This document shows positions 11,775 through 23,188 of a DNA stretch of 45,554 nucleotides, piece after piece. The translations under genes and the position numbers were made by a program. The DNA is from Octopus sinensis. Lineage: Eukaryota. Each line of letters begins with the position of its first letter. Position 1 is the stretch's first letter. The notes below the pieces were generated by a model that was not told the origin of the DNA, ran no database searches, and saw only the letters and a list, made by a program, of their open reading frames with translations. The stretch spans positions 1 to 45,554 of the forward strand of contig NW_021834697.1 of assembly GCF_006345805.1 (NCBI RefSeq), written 5' to 3'.

Positions 11775-12239
11775 ACATTTCACAGTTACCTGTCGGAGCA
11801 CCGACTTGAAGAACTTATAGTCGAGTGAATCGGCCTCAGTACTTTTTTTTAAAGCCTTGTTCTTAGTCTGTCGTTTTCTTTTGCCAAACTGCTAAAGTAC
11901 GGGGATACATAAACACAAGCAATGGTGGGGGAAAAACACAGAAACACACACACACATAGACATATACATTTACATATACATATACATACAAAGATACATA
12001 TATACATATATGTATATATATATAACGGGAAAGTTTACGAAAATAAACAAAAGACGAAGGTAGGTGGAGTATAGCGCTCAGGAATAAAAATAGAAAAAGT
12101 CTTTTACGTTTCGAGCCTACGCTCTTCGACAGAAAGATACACAGAAAAAAACAAGGAGGGAAACAAGGAGAGAAGAAATGCGTGTAGGAGCTAACGATCT
12201 ATCATGGCGTCCTCTTTATATATATATATATATGGCGTC

Positions 12240-12285
<46 letters not shown>

Positions 12286-12385
12286 GCGACGGATTTGTTT
12301 CAGTTTCCATATACCAAATCCACGTACAAGGCTTTGGTTGGCCCGAGGCTATAGCAGAAGACATTTGCCCAAGGTGTTACGCAAT
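11775..12385 (-). mobile_element. Diverged SINE family A with a foreign insert in its central microsatellite
   Basis: 3' half at about 11775-11950 and 5' body at about 12287-12385 on the minus strand, separated by microsatellite and the 12025-12205 fragment. Confidence 0.65.
12100..12137 (-). ncRNA. Minimal type-I hammerhead-ribozyme-like motif (Penelope-type), core variant CUGUCGA
   Basis: Minus strand UCUUU-CUGUCGA-A-GAGC-GUAG-GCUC-GAAA-CGU-A-AAAGA: stem I 5 bp, stem II 4 bp, GAAA, palindromic ACGU stem III. Confidence 0.6.
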
Positions 12386-12536
12386 AGCCATACCTGCGCT
12401 TGTAGTATTTATAGATATTACACACTAACTGTTCATGGTGGGGATTCACTCTTATAAGACAAGAATGATTTACAAACACGAATCTAACAGTAAGATAGCC
12501 TTGTTGTATCTCGGAAGGGTCATCATGCGAATAATA

Positions 12537-12830
12537 TTGTTTGTTCCTTCTCGAGCCATGCCTGGCTCATTAGGGCTGGTTTCCCGGTTTCCTTGGCGTA
12601 TAGGTTCCCCACCTGGACGGGACGCCGGTCCGTCGCAGGTGAGCTGCAAGATGCTGGAGGAAAGAGTGAAAGAAAGTTGTGGCGAAAGAGTCAGCAGAAG
12701 ATCGCCACTACCTTCTGCCGGAGCCGCGTGGAGCTTAGGTGTTTCGCTCATAAACACAGACATCGCCCGGTCTGAGATTCGAACCTCGACCGCAAGTCCG
12801 CTGCTCTAACCACTAGGTCATGTGCCTCCA
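12537..12830 (-). mobile_element. SINE family B, subtype B3
   Basis: tRNA head with B-box GGTTCGAATCTC; 13-bp TSD CATGC(G/C)AATAATA at 12524-12536 and 12831-12843. Confidence 0.9.
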
Positions 12831-13539
12831 CATGCCAATAATAAGCACAATATATTTGTTAATTGGCAAACCACTTCACCAATTAACCAATCGATTGTAA
12901 GAGACAGAGAAACCTGAAGCAGAACTGGGGAAAAGATGGCGTGTCATAGATGACGGTACAGATGGCGATGAAAGGACTTTGACAGAGAGAGCTGACTGAT
13001 TGATACAGACCGAACGATTAATCAAACTATTGATCAGTTAATTAGTCAAACGGTTAACCAGTTAGTAATTGACAAATAAAGAAGTGAAATAAACCCAGTG
13101 TGTGTGTTTATTATTGGCATAACGACTCACCCGAGATACAACAAAATATGCTCCAAATCACAAATTCACATCGAGAATTTTGCAAACCACCAAATATAAA
13201 TAAATACGAAAAATTTCCTAGGTTTTTCTAGACGAAAAAAAAAAAAAAGAGGCAAAACCAAAACTGAGTTACCATTAGCCATAATTTATTGGAAAAATTT
13301 CAACAAAGAAAAAATAAAGGTAAGAAGACATGGCAAAATATATTAAAAGATGACATTTTTAATGGAAGGGACAAAACTGCAGTAGTTAAACTACTTTACT
13401 TAAAACTAAACACACTTGAAAATTCAGCTGGCGTTAGCAAAATATACTGGGAATAAATCAAAAGAAAAAGGAAATATTGTAAATGACATTTTATGGTAAA
13501 ATAGAGACGACACGAATTTACAAATAGTCTGCAAGTATG

Positions 13540-13744
13540 CGTGCATGCAGGCATGCATGTATACAAGCATGTATACATGCATGCATGTGTGTATGTATGT
13601 ATGTGTGTGTGTATGTATGTATGTATGTATGTATGTATGTATGCTATATATGTATGTATGCTTGAATGTCTGTATATGCATGTATATACGAATATACATA
13701 CATACATACATACATACTTACATACATACATTTATATATGTGTG

Positions 13745-13805
<61 letters not shown>

Positions 13806-14160
13806 CTATCTCTCTCTTTCTCTCTCTCTCTCTCTCTATCTATCTTTCTCTCTCTCTCTCTATCTATCTATCTCTCTCTCTCTCTCTCTCTATCTATCTG
13901 TCTATCTCTCTACCTGTCTATCTATGTACATACGTGCATACATACATGCTTGCACACGCACACACACACACGCACACAACATACACAAACATATGTATGA
14001 ATATATGTATATACATACTTGCACACATACTTAAGCACACGCATACACACACAAACACAACATACACACACAAACACAACACACACACACAGATGTATGC
14101 ACATATATATATATATATATATATATATCACACATACACACACGCACATATATATATATG
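13540..14160. repeat. Compound ATGT/ATAC/ATCT/CT/CA microsatellite block
   Basis: Read directly. Confidence 0.9.
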
Positions 14161-14499
14161 AACTAGTTATATTGCGGTCGAACTGAATTATCAGGCGATC
14201 AGTATGTTGTCTCCGTTTACGGTAAGAAATTAAATTTAAATATTTATATTGCAATTCCAAACAAATAGAACTTATCATGTTTAAATACGATAGTCGGTTT
14301 AATTTTATTGAATTAAAGAATTTGAAATGTAATTAGTAAATAGGATCATCTTTTTACGCTTTACTTGGCTATCCAGGCTATCAATTATAAACTAACAGGT
14401 GTAGAATAGAACAAATTCGATAGTAATACGTTCCATTCATTCAGCAGCCATTTTGCCGACTACAAAATGTTATACACGACACGACATTTACGTATATGT

Positions 14500-14913
14500 A
14501 TATAGCTATACATGTTTATTTATGTATGTATGTATGTCTCTCTCTGGTCTGTGTGTGTGTGTGTGTGCATGTGTGTGTGTGTGTGTGTGTGTGCATGTGT
14601 GTGTGTGTGTGTGTGTGTATTTAGGTGTGTGAAAATATATGCACACAGTTGAAGTGTTTCGCATAGTACACATACACACACACACATATATACACACACA
14701 CACGCAGACATACATACACATGTATGTATGCATACATCCCTTTTTGTGTCTGCATATCCATCGCTTTTGTCTTTGTCTCTATATTTGTGTGTGTATACAT
14801 ACATACATACATACATACATACATACATACATACATACACACACACATATATATACTCATAAGCATATGTTTTTCGTATATATATATATATATATACGTA
14901 AAGCATGTATGCT

Positions 14914-14950
<37 letters not shown>

Positions 14951-15080
14951 ATGTACGTGTGAGTGTGTGTGTGTATGTATGTATGTATATAAATATATAT
15001 ATATATTTGTATGTGTGTGTGTGGGGGGGGGTTGTTTGTATGTGTGTGACATGTATGTATATATTTATGCAGACATTCAT
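14500..15080. repeat. Compound TG/CA/ATAC/TA microsatellite block
   Basis: Read directly. Confidence 0.9.
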
Positions 15081-15273
15081 ATTCAATAACGCAAACCTAC
15101 TCACGCGCACGGTGTGTTTGTGTGAAGAGGTTTGTTTCAGTGAATTTAAATATATAACCTTACCCATGCATATTCATACATCCTATCATTATTCTCACGC
15201 GCATTCAGACAAGGGCATAAATATATAGCATATAGTGTATTGTTGTAATCATTAACATAATATAGACGTTAGA

Positions 15274-15654
15274 GGAGGCGCAATGGCCCAGTGATTAGGG
15301 CAGCGGAGTCGCGGTCGTAGGATCGCGGTTTCGATTCTCAGACCGGGCGTTGTGAGTGTTTATTGAGCGAAAACACCTAAAAGCTCCACGAGGCTCCGGC
15401 AGGGATGGTGGTGATCCCTGCTGTACTCTTTCACCACAACTTTCTCTCACTCTTACTTCCTGTTTCTGTTGTACCTGCATTTCAAGGGGCCGGCCTTGTC
15501 ACTCTCTGTGTCACGCTGAATATCCCCGAGAACTACGTTAAGGGTACACGTGTCTGTGGAGTGCTCAGCCACTTACACGTTAATTTCACGACCAGGCTGT
15601 TCCGTTGATCGGATCAACCGGAACCCTCGTCGTCGTAACCGACGGAGTGCTTCC
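15274..15654 (+). mobile_element. SINE family B, subtype B1, full length
   Basis: A-box, B-box GTTTCGATTC; 12-bp TSD ATAGA(C/A)GTTAGA at 15262-15273 and 15655-15666; near-identical to 37855-38241. Confidence 0.92.
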
Positions 15655-16581
15655 ATAGAAGTTAGAATTCCTTTAGCCACGTTAGTTATTGCTATACTCA
15701 GGAAAATTGCACTTCAGCCTAAATACTAAAGATGTTTAAGAGAAAAATGCGTAGCTATCATTTTCGATGAGACCTATTCTAGTCCCAAAACATAGTTTCC
15801 TTAAATCAAAGTACACCTAATAATTACTATCTATTGGTTCTGGGTATGACTGTAAGCTACATTCAATTGTGGGATCCTGGGACCTTGGTTTCAGGGTTTT
15901 GAGGAGTGTGGAGCCATCTCTTAGCCGCAATTGTTCCCAGGTCTACTCTGGCCCGCAGTGGTAGTACCGGTAAGGGTTCAGGGTATGGGTTGACTAACTA
16001 ACCTCACTGCGACTGGGTGGGTGGGGGGACCGATAGAATGCAGTCACTGTATTCCCTGCGTGGCGTAACAGGTGACTAAAAGGGGTTGGGGTGAGGGGAC
16101 TGAGAATCCTCACCTAGTAAATCCATATTCCTAAAAAGACGGCAAAAAAAAAAAAAACTTGCAGACATACTAATTCTAAGAATTGCCGTTTTAACTCGAG
16201 TGCCAAGCTGAGTAAATTGCCTGTAAATGTTTAATAAAATCACCTCTGTCGAATAATATATGGGTTTGACTGCAAATAAATTTAAAATAAAATACTATTA
16301 GCACCGCCATTCATTCAGAAACTCAGAAAGGGAGTTTCCATGTATGGAAAGATAATGATTAGAATATTACCTGTAAATTAAAATGGCATATTTTGATTAA
16401 GACACAATCATACAAGGTGATAAAAACCATTTAGCTTATTTACGATGGAGGCACTGGACATTCTTCTTGTTCAATGTTCACCATTCAGTTGGAATCTGGA
16501 TTAAATTATATCTTACAATCACAAAATTTTCAAATCACGCATGCATGCCTTATCAACCAGCTTCATATCCTGGCCATTAAG

Positions 16582-16615
<34 letters not shown>

Positions 16616-16983
16616 ATATATGTATACATGTATGTTGTAGGAGTGTACATACCTGTATGCATGTATCAAGAAACATGCATTGTACCTTAAACTGAATGTG
16701 ACACTTCCTCACCTCAGTAAAAGAGAGCCGCCACCATTTTTTTTTCATACTGGAAACTCTGACGAATGCGATTTTAGGTAATCGTCTAATATCCTGTGCG
16801 AAACTCGATTGCTAAGATCGGTTTAAATTAATATATAATACCTTAAACATAGATTAATAAACATGCTCTATTGAAAATTATACGAGTGTTTATTTTTCTG
16901 AATTACAGATCCTTAGATGACTATACACACATATACAGACACACACACGCGCGCGCGCATACGCACATATGCACCTGCATATA

Positions 16984-17108
16984 CAGGGTGGCCGAAAAGC
17001 GACGCTCCAAAGCGTTTCAAATTTTCTAATTAAATATAAAGGGTTGTTTTTGAAATGTGCAATATCAAATTAGTTTTAATCTTGGTGCATGACGTTTGGC
17101 CTACCCTG
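16984..17108. mobile_element. 125-bp Tc1/mariner-type MITE
   Basis: TA|CAGGGTGGCC ... GGCCTACCCTG|TA: imperfect TIRs with TA duplication. Confidence 0.6.
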
Positions 17109-17114
17109 TATACA

Positions 17115-17150
<36 letters not shown>

Positions 17151-17283
17151 GTACGAGCGCACGCGCGCAAACACACACATGCATATATACAATATATATA
17201 TATATATGTAGATACGTACAAACGCACATATACACATAGACACACACATACACATTTCTATGCGAGTGTAAGCGTGAGTAGGT

Positions 17284-17394
17284 ATGTATGAATCTATCCA
17301 TCTGTCTGTCTGCCTGCCCGCCTGTCTGTCTGTCTGTCTGTCTTTCTGTCTTACTATCTATCCATCTATCTATCTATCTATCTATCTATCTATA

Positions 17395-17448
<54 letters not shown>

Positions 17449-17464
17449 CCTGCCTACCTAACTA

Positions 17465-17509
<45 letters not shown>

Positions 17510-17640
17510 CTCTATTGATCTAAATCGAGAAAGAAAATGAAAGAGAAAGAGAGTGAGAGAGAAAGAGAAAAAGAAAGAGAGAAAGAAAGAGAAAGAGAAA
17601 CAGAGAGAAGGAGAGAGAGAGAAATAAAGAGCGAGACAGA
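17284..17640. repeat. Compound TCTG/ATCT/CT/GA microsatellite block
   Basis: Read directly. Confidence 0.9.
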
Positions 17641-18039
17641 CAAAAAGTTACGTAAATAAACCGAGATATCGGAGTGCACTGAATAATGTTTGCTGGTAGG
17701 TAAGGACGCTTGAGGATAAAGTACTGTGTGATTAGACATTTTCTAGAATACACCTGTTCTTTGATAATTCATAGCCTGGATTGCCGAGTAAAGCGTAAAA
17801 TGATGATTCCGTCGAGAAATTAAAATTTAAAATCCTCAATTTAATAGTATGGAAACGACTTGCTTATTTGAGTATGAAAGGTCTACGAGTTTAAAACAGC
17901 TGTATGAATAACTAAATTTAAATTCTCATCTAAAATGGAGGCAACATATCGAAAAGTCAGATGGTTCTTTTTTCTCTCTTTGTCTCTCTTTCTGTGTGTG
18001 TGTATATATATACATATATATATATTATATAATATATAT

Positions 18040-18071
<32 letters not shown>

Positions 18072-18074
18072 ATA

Positions 18075-18110
<36 letters not shown>

Positions 18111-18142
18111 ATATAATATATATGTATGTATATATATATATA

Positions 18143-18390
18143 TCTCTTATTATAAAAGGCAGATTTTATCTGCCTCCCTTTGGGAGTTATACAAATCTAC
18201 AATATAGGATTTCTTCAATACAATTTACCTAGCAATTTTAAGAGTACAATGCATCGCGTCATGCCAGGTCCAGTTTTTAAAATTAAACTCCAATTAAGCA
18301 TAATTTACAGAAAACTCACATTCTGGTGTGTGTGTCAAATGCTTTTCTTAGTCTGGTTTACACCACACGCAAACGCACACACACAGTGGG
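18143..18390 (+). mobile_element. Possible Helitron-like 5' fragment
   Basis: A|TCTCTTATTATAAAAGG start resembles the 5' end of the 19380 Helitron; no 3' hairpin or CTAG found. Confidence 0.35.
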
Positions 18391-18884
18391 CAACGAATAA
18401 AGTGAAACTAGATGTAATATTTGTTTCTCTCTATCACGCTGATAGATACATGAGTAAAATGTATGGGAAGCTAACACATAAGTGTAGTGAAAATGTTCTT
18501 GGAAGAGAGTAAATAGCCAGAGATAGTGATTTGAGGAACACTCATACATACATACATACATACATACATACACACACACACATACATACATACACACACA
18601 CATACATACACACATACATACATACATACATATACATACATACACACACACACACATACACACACACACAGTATTGAAGCTTGAGAACAATCAGATACAT
18701 TTGCAACACATCTGTTGAAAATATTATTGTTCACACACATACATATACATATATACATACAGACAGACAGACAGATAGACACACACACACATGATCCAGC
18801 ATGGCCACAACCTCAAGGCTGAAACATATAAAAGAATAACAGAATATAAATGTGTGCATGTGTGTGAGAGAGAGAGTGTGTGTG

Positions 18885-18916
<32 letters not shown>

Positions 18917-18929
18917 TGTATATATATAT

Positions 18930-19360
18930 AATAATGCGGTTTTTTCAACAGCTTGAACTAAAAGTCAGAGGGGAATGGGATAAACTACTTATATTAACTT
19001 GCTATAAAAGCAGGTAGTAATTTTATCTTGTCCTTATTCATAGTGCAAGTTTTGAAGAGTGCATTTCGATTTTAACAGCTATTTTTTTCAAAGCTATATT
19101 GGAACAGCCTAGAAGACGAGCCTCATCCTGAAAGATCTGTAGAACTCGACAAGGACATCCTGAAAACCCTGTGGAACAAAATCTCATCGTAACTGTTGAG
19201 GAACTAGCAGAGAAGCTTGGATTTGGTCATTCAACCATTCATTGAGACCTGTGTGCTATCGGAAAAGTCAGCAAATTGGGTCAATGGTTCCTCACGAACT
19301 TTCCGAGTCTAATTGCATGCAGAGAGTGAATGTATGCTTTTCTTTGCTGTCACATCTCAC
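18930..19360 (+). mobile_element. Internally deleted, 3'-truncated copy of the 2661-3975 mariner
   Basis: Partial TIR AATAATGCGGTTTT, then homology to the transposase 5' half (EELAEKLGFG...KVSKLGQW) with the N-terminal coding part deleted. Confidence 0.85.
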
Positions 19361-19379
19361 CACTACTGCGCTATGTATA

Positions 19380-20015
19380 TCTATATATATAAAACTGTAG
19401 TTGTGTGAGTGTCTGTCCCCTTCGATTTAGATTCCTAACTACTCCCACATTTTGCGGTGCAGTTTAACCAAATTCGGGTAGCTTATAGTCGTGATTCATA
19501 TCGAGCCCGTCTGGGTATTAGCGCGCGTCTATGATGAGTCTACGATTTTAAAAATAATTTAACATCATTTTTTATTCCATTTTAATGCATAATTTTTCGT
19601 GTGTCGATGACGGCGGAGTTGGCGTCCACGCTCACACCTGCACCTGTGGGGAAGCGAGTGTAAGGAAATCAACGTCGTAATGCGTTGTCAAGGAGACCAG
19701 CGTTCTTTTAGAACAACGACTTCATGGCTTGAAGACACCAAAACAGAAATGGCTAAGAAAGCGTCTACATGAGTCTACGATTTAAAAAAAATTTACCATC
19801 GTTTTTTTTCCATTTTAATGCATTTTTTCGCTATTATATAAGGGAAGTAACTCTCTAAAAATGTCTATGATGAGTCAACGATTTTTCAAAAAATTTACCA
19901 TCATATTTTTTCCATTTTTAATGCATTTTTTGCTATTTTTTGGCTATAACTCTCTAAAAATGCTTATATAGTTATTTCCCTTACAAACCCGAGCAACGCC
20001 GGGCGATACTGCTAG
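19380..20015 (+). mobile_element. Non-autonomous Helitron
   Basis: A|TC 5' end (TCTATATATATAAAA); 3' hairpin CCCG-AGCAACGC-CGGG at 19988-20003, then CTAG|T at 20012-20016; three internal copies of an about 70-bp motif. Confidence 0.88.
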
Positions 20016-20127
20016 TATATATATATATATTATATATATATATGTATATATATGTATATATATATACATATTTATTTATTTATCTAGTTTCAGTTCACGA
20101 GCTGTGGCCATGCTGGGGCACCGCCAT

Positions 20128-20190
<63 letters not shown>

Positions 20191-20492
20191 TATAAACATA
20201 TATATAAATGCGTACATACATACGTACACGCGCACACGCACTCACACATGTACAAACACATGTATGTATGCGTACACACAATGTGAGAATCAGAAAATGA
20301 TGCAATTTTTAGTTGGATTACTTTCTGTGCGCCCGTCTGCACATGTAGACACACACACACACACAAGATAAAACTTGCTTGGAAAAGGATGTGTGGCGTT
20401 CGATCATATAATAAATGCAAATAAAATATAAATATATGCATATATACATACATATATGTACATGCCTATATATATATATGTATATATATATA

Positions 20493-20787
20493 TACTCTTT
20501 TACTCTTTTACTTGTTTCAGCCATCCGGCTGAGGCCATGCTGGGGCACCGCCCTTGTTGCTACCCTCTCTAAGTCCAGTTTGCCGTGGCTGGCCACTGAT
20601 CTAAGAGAGAGTTTGTAGCTGCTGCCCTTAGGTTACCTTCGTACCTTGCAGTGGGTTCATCTGGGATCCCGGAAAGCAGCTTGTCTAGATGTTTTTTGAA
20701 AATGTCCACATCCGCATCATGTAGATCTCTTAGTTTTCTTGGCAGTTTGTTGAACAGCTGAGGGCCCCTGAACCCCAGGCTATTACA
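20493..20787 (-). mobile_element. CR1/L2-group LINE 3' end (5'-truncated) whose 3' UTR matches the SINE A tail
   Basis: ORF end NSLGFRGPQLFNKLP...FKKHLDKLLSGIPDEP...RAAATNSLLDQ; stop at 20569, then GGCGGTGCCCCAGCATGGCC...CTGAAACAAGTAAAAGAGTAAAAGAG. Confidence 0.8.
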
Positions 20788-21190
20788 TGCATATATGTAC
20801 ATACCTACATATATATATGTATATATATACATGCATATATGGATACAGGACATCAAAGAAAAAACGTTGAACACAATGAGAAACGAAAACATAAAAACAA
20901 AAATATGGAAACGAACTCTTATTCGAACAACGAAAAAAAAAAAAACAGAGAAACATAAAGAATATTCCCAGGGACAACTGAAGAAGGGGAATATTCTTTA
21001 TGGTGTATGTCTCGTTTCTCTGTTTGTTTCTTTTTTCGTTGTTTGAAAAAAAGTTCGTTTCAATGTTTTGTTTTTATATTTTCGTTTCTCATTGTGTTCA
21101 ACGCTTTTTTGATGTCCTGTACCCATATATGCATGTATATCTACATATATATGTACATATATATGTACATAGGTATGTACATATATGTAT
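20787..21190. repeat. Long inverted repeat (foldback), 17-nt loop
   Basis: Inner stem CATAAAGAATATTCCC (20954-20969) / GGGAATATTCTTTATG (20987-21002); arms continue through GGACATCAAA..GTTGAACACAATGAGAAACGAAAA. Confidence 0.9.
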
Positions 21191-21225
21191 GTATATATGC
21201 ATATATTTATATATTATTTATATTA

Positions 21226-21266
<41 letters not shown>

Positions 21267-21269
21267 CAT

Positions 21270-21492
21270 GTGTGTGTGTGACTTTGTGTCCGTGTTTGTC
21301 CTCTACCAACGCTTGACAACCAGTGTTGGTGTGTTTGCGTCCTCGTAACTTACCGGTTCGACAAAAGAGGCCGATGAAATAAGTACCAGTCTTAAAACGA
21401 AAATAAGTTCTGGGGTCGATTAGTTCGATTAAAATTCCTTAAGGTAGTACCCAAGCATGGCCGCAGTCTAGTGACTGAAACAAGTAAAAGAG
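21270..21492 (+). mobile_element. SINE family A 3' half
   Basis: Family A 3' body and tail with CAGTC-TAGT-GACTG. Confidence 0.85.
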
Positions 21493-21499
21493 GTGTTAT

Positions 21500-21908
21500 T
21501 TACTCTTTTGCTCTCTGTCTTTTACTTGTTTCAGTCATTTGACTGCGGCCATGCTGGAGCACCGCCTTTAATCGAGCAACTCGACCCCAGGACTTATTCT
21601 TTTGTAAGCCCAGTACTTATTCTATCGGTCTCTTTTGCCGAACCGCTAAGTAACGGGGACATAAACACACTAGCATCGGTTGTCAAGCAATGCTAGGGGG
21701 ACAAACACAGACACACAAACACACACACGCATACATATATATATATACATATATACGACGGGCTTCTTTCAGTTTCCGTCTACCAAATCCACTCACAAGG
21801 CTTTGGTCGGCCCGGGGCTATAGTAGAAGACACTTGCCTAAGGTGACACACAGTGGGACTGAACCCGAAACCATGTGGTTGGTAAACAAGCTACTTACCA
21901 CACAGCCG
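21500..21908 (-). mobile_element. SINE family A, near full length, tail-to-tail with 21270-21492
   Basis: Reverse complement of the 42687 copy over about 400 bp. Confidence 0.9.
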
Positions 21909-22099
21909 TAAATTTTCTGTATATTTATTCGTTCGAACGATGTAAATATTCTGGTAATTGGTGGTTATACTAGCAAACTAACGAGGGAGACTTCCGTGAT
22001 GGGTCAATCTGCTAAAAGCAGCAGCCAAATATCCCAAGAGTTACACAGCTTTCTGAATACTGCTGATAAAATGTACAGCTTTGATTTGGTAGATCAGTT

Positions 22100-22982
22100 C
22101 TGGCCTGCTCTATGCAACAACAGCGGGTAGCTCAACAAACACTTGCTAGTCTACCCAATTCCCCTGACGTACTCCTTTACACTGATGGCTCGGCTAGTGA
22201 AGGCACAACCAACGGCGACGCCGGTGTGGTGGTGCAGATACACGATGCGGTGGTCTACGAGTGGAACGCCCAGACTGGTGCTCACAGCAGCTCATTCCAC
22301 TCCGAGAGAGCAGCATTTAACGAAGCCCTCCGGTGGCTACAGGCCAATGACAACTGGACATCAACAGCTATAGTCTGCGATTGCAAATCATTGGTTGAAG
22401 CGGTTGACAACCCGTTTCCCCCAGACCAGACAATTAGAGAATCGCAACAAACAGCGGACCTAGTAGCAGCTGGCAAGATTTTGACGGTGATCTGGGTGCC
22501 GGGCCATTGCAATCTCCGCGACAATGAACTCGCAGACGTTCAGGCGAAGCATAGCTCGGCGCTGTCACAACCGGATGCCGCCATCAATACAGTCATTCGT
22601 CTGGCGTTTATTCGTCGAACGTTCCAGCCAACGCCAATTCAACACCCTCGTCTGAAGGAAGTCTTCACGAAGAAGCCGGATGAAAGAACCGAAGCAGCCC
22701 TCTCGAAGGCAAACTTCACAGACATGATACGCTTCCGTAGTGGTGGTCATCATCCGGCACTCAGGCGGTGGCAAAAGATGGCAGCAAGCAGCGACACAGA
22801 TCAATGCAGACTCTGTAACGAGGAGGTGGAATCTGCAGAACATCTCTGGCTGAGATGTTCGGCCCTGATCGTGGGACGCTATATCCGCCAACTATGGATG
22901 AGATGATTCGTCTCCCTTCCGCGGCCCTAGCGCTTCTGAGAGTTATCCTCAGGCGCTTGAGGTGACCAACAACAACAACAAC
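22100..22982 (+). mobile_element. I-group (Ingi/Nimb-like) LINE 3' end: RNase H + CCHC knuckle + (CAA)n tail
   Basis: YTDGS, SERAA, CDCKS, WVPGH..NELAD RNase H motifs; CRLC..EVESAEHLWLRC; after a frameshift ...ALLRVILRRLR* stop at 22963-22965 followed directly by (CAA)n. Confidence 0.88.
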
Positions 22983-23051
22983 AGCAAAAACAACTGTTGT
23001 TGTTGCTGCTGCTGCTACTACTACTACTACTACTATTACCACCACTACCAG

Positions 23052-23111
<60 letters not shown>

Positions 23112-23150
23112 CACCACCATCACCACCACCACCACCACCACCACCACCAT

Positions 23151-23188
<38 letters not shown>

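Noticed and set aside
15274-15350. SINE heads (A, B and C) as true tRNA genes
   Set aside because: A and B boxes are present, but I could not fold a full cloverleaf and each head continues into a repeat body, often inside TSDs.
20977-21020. CTGAAGA in the foldback loop as a second hammerhead
   Set aside because: No closable stem II followed by GAAA.
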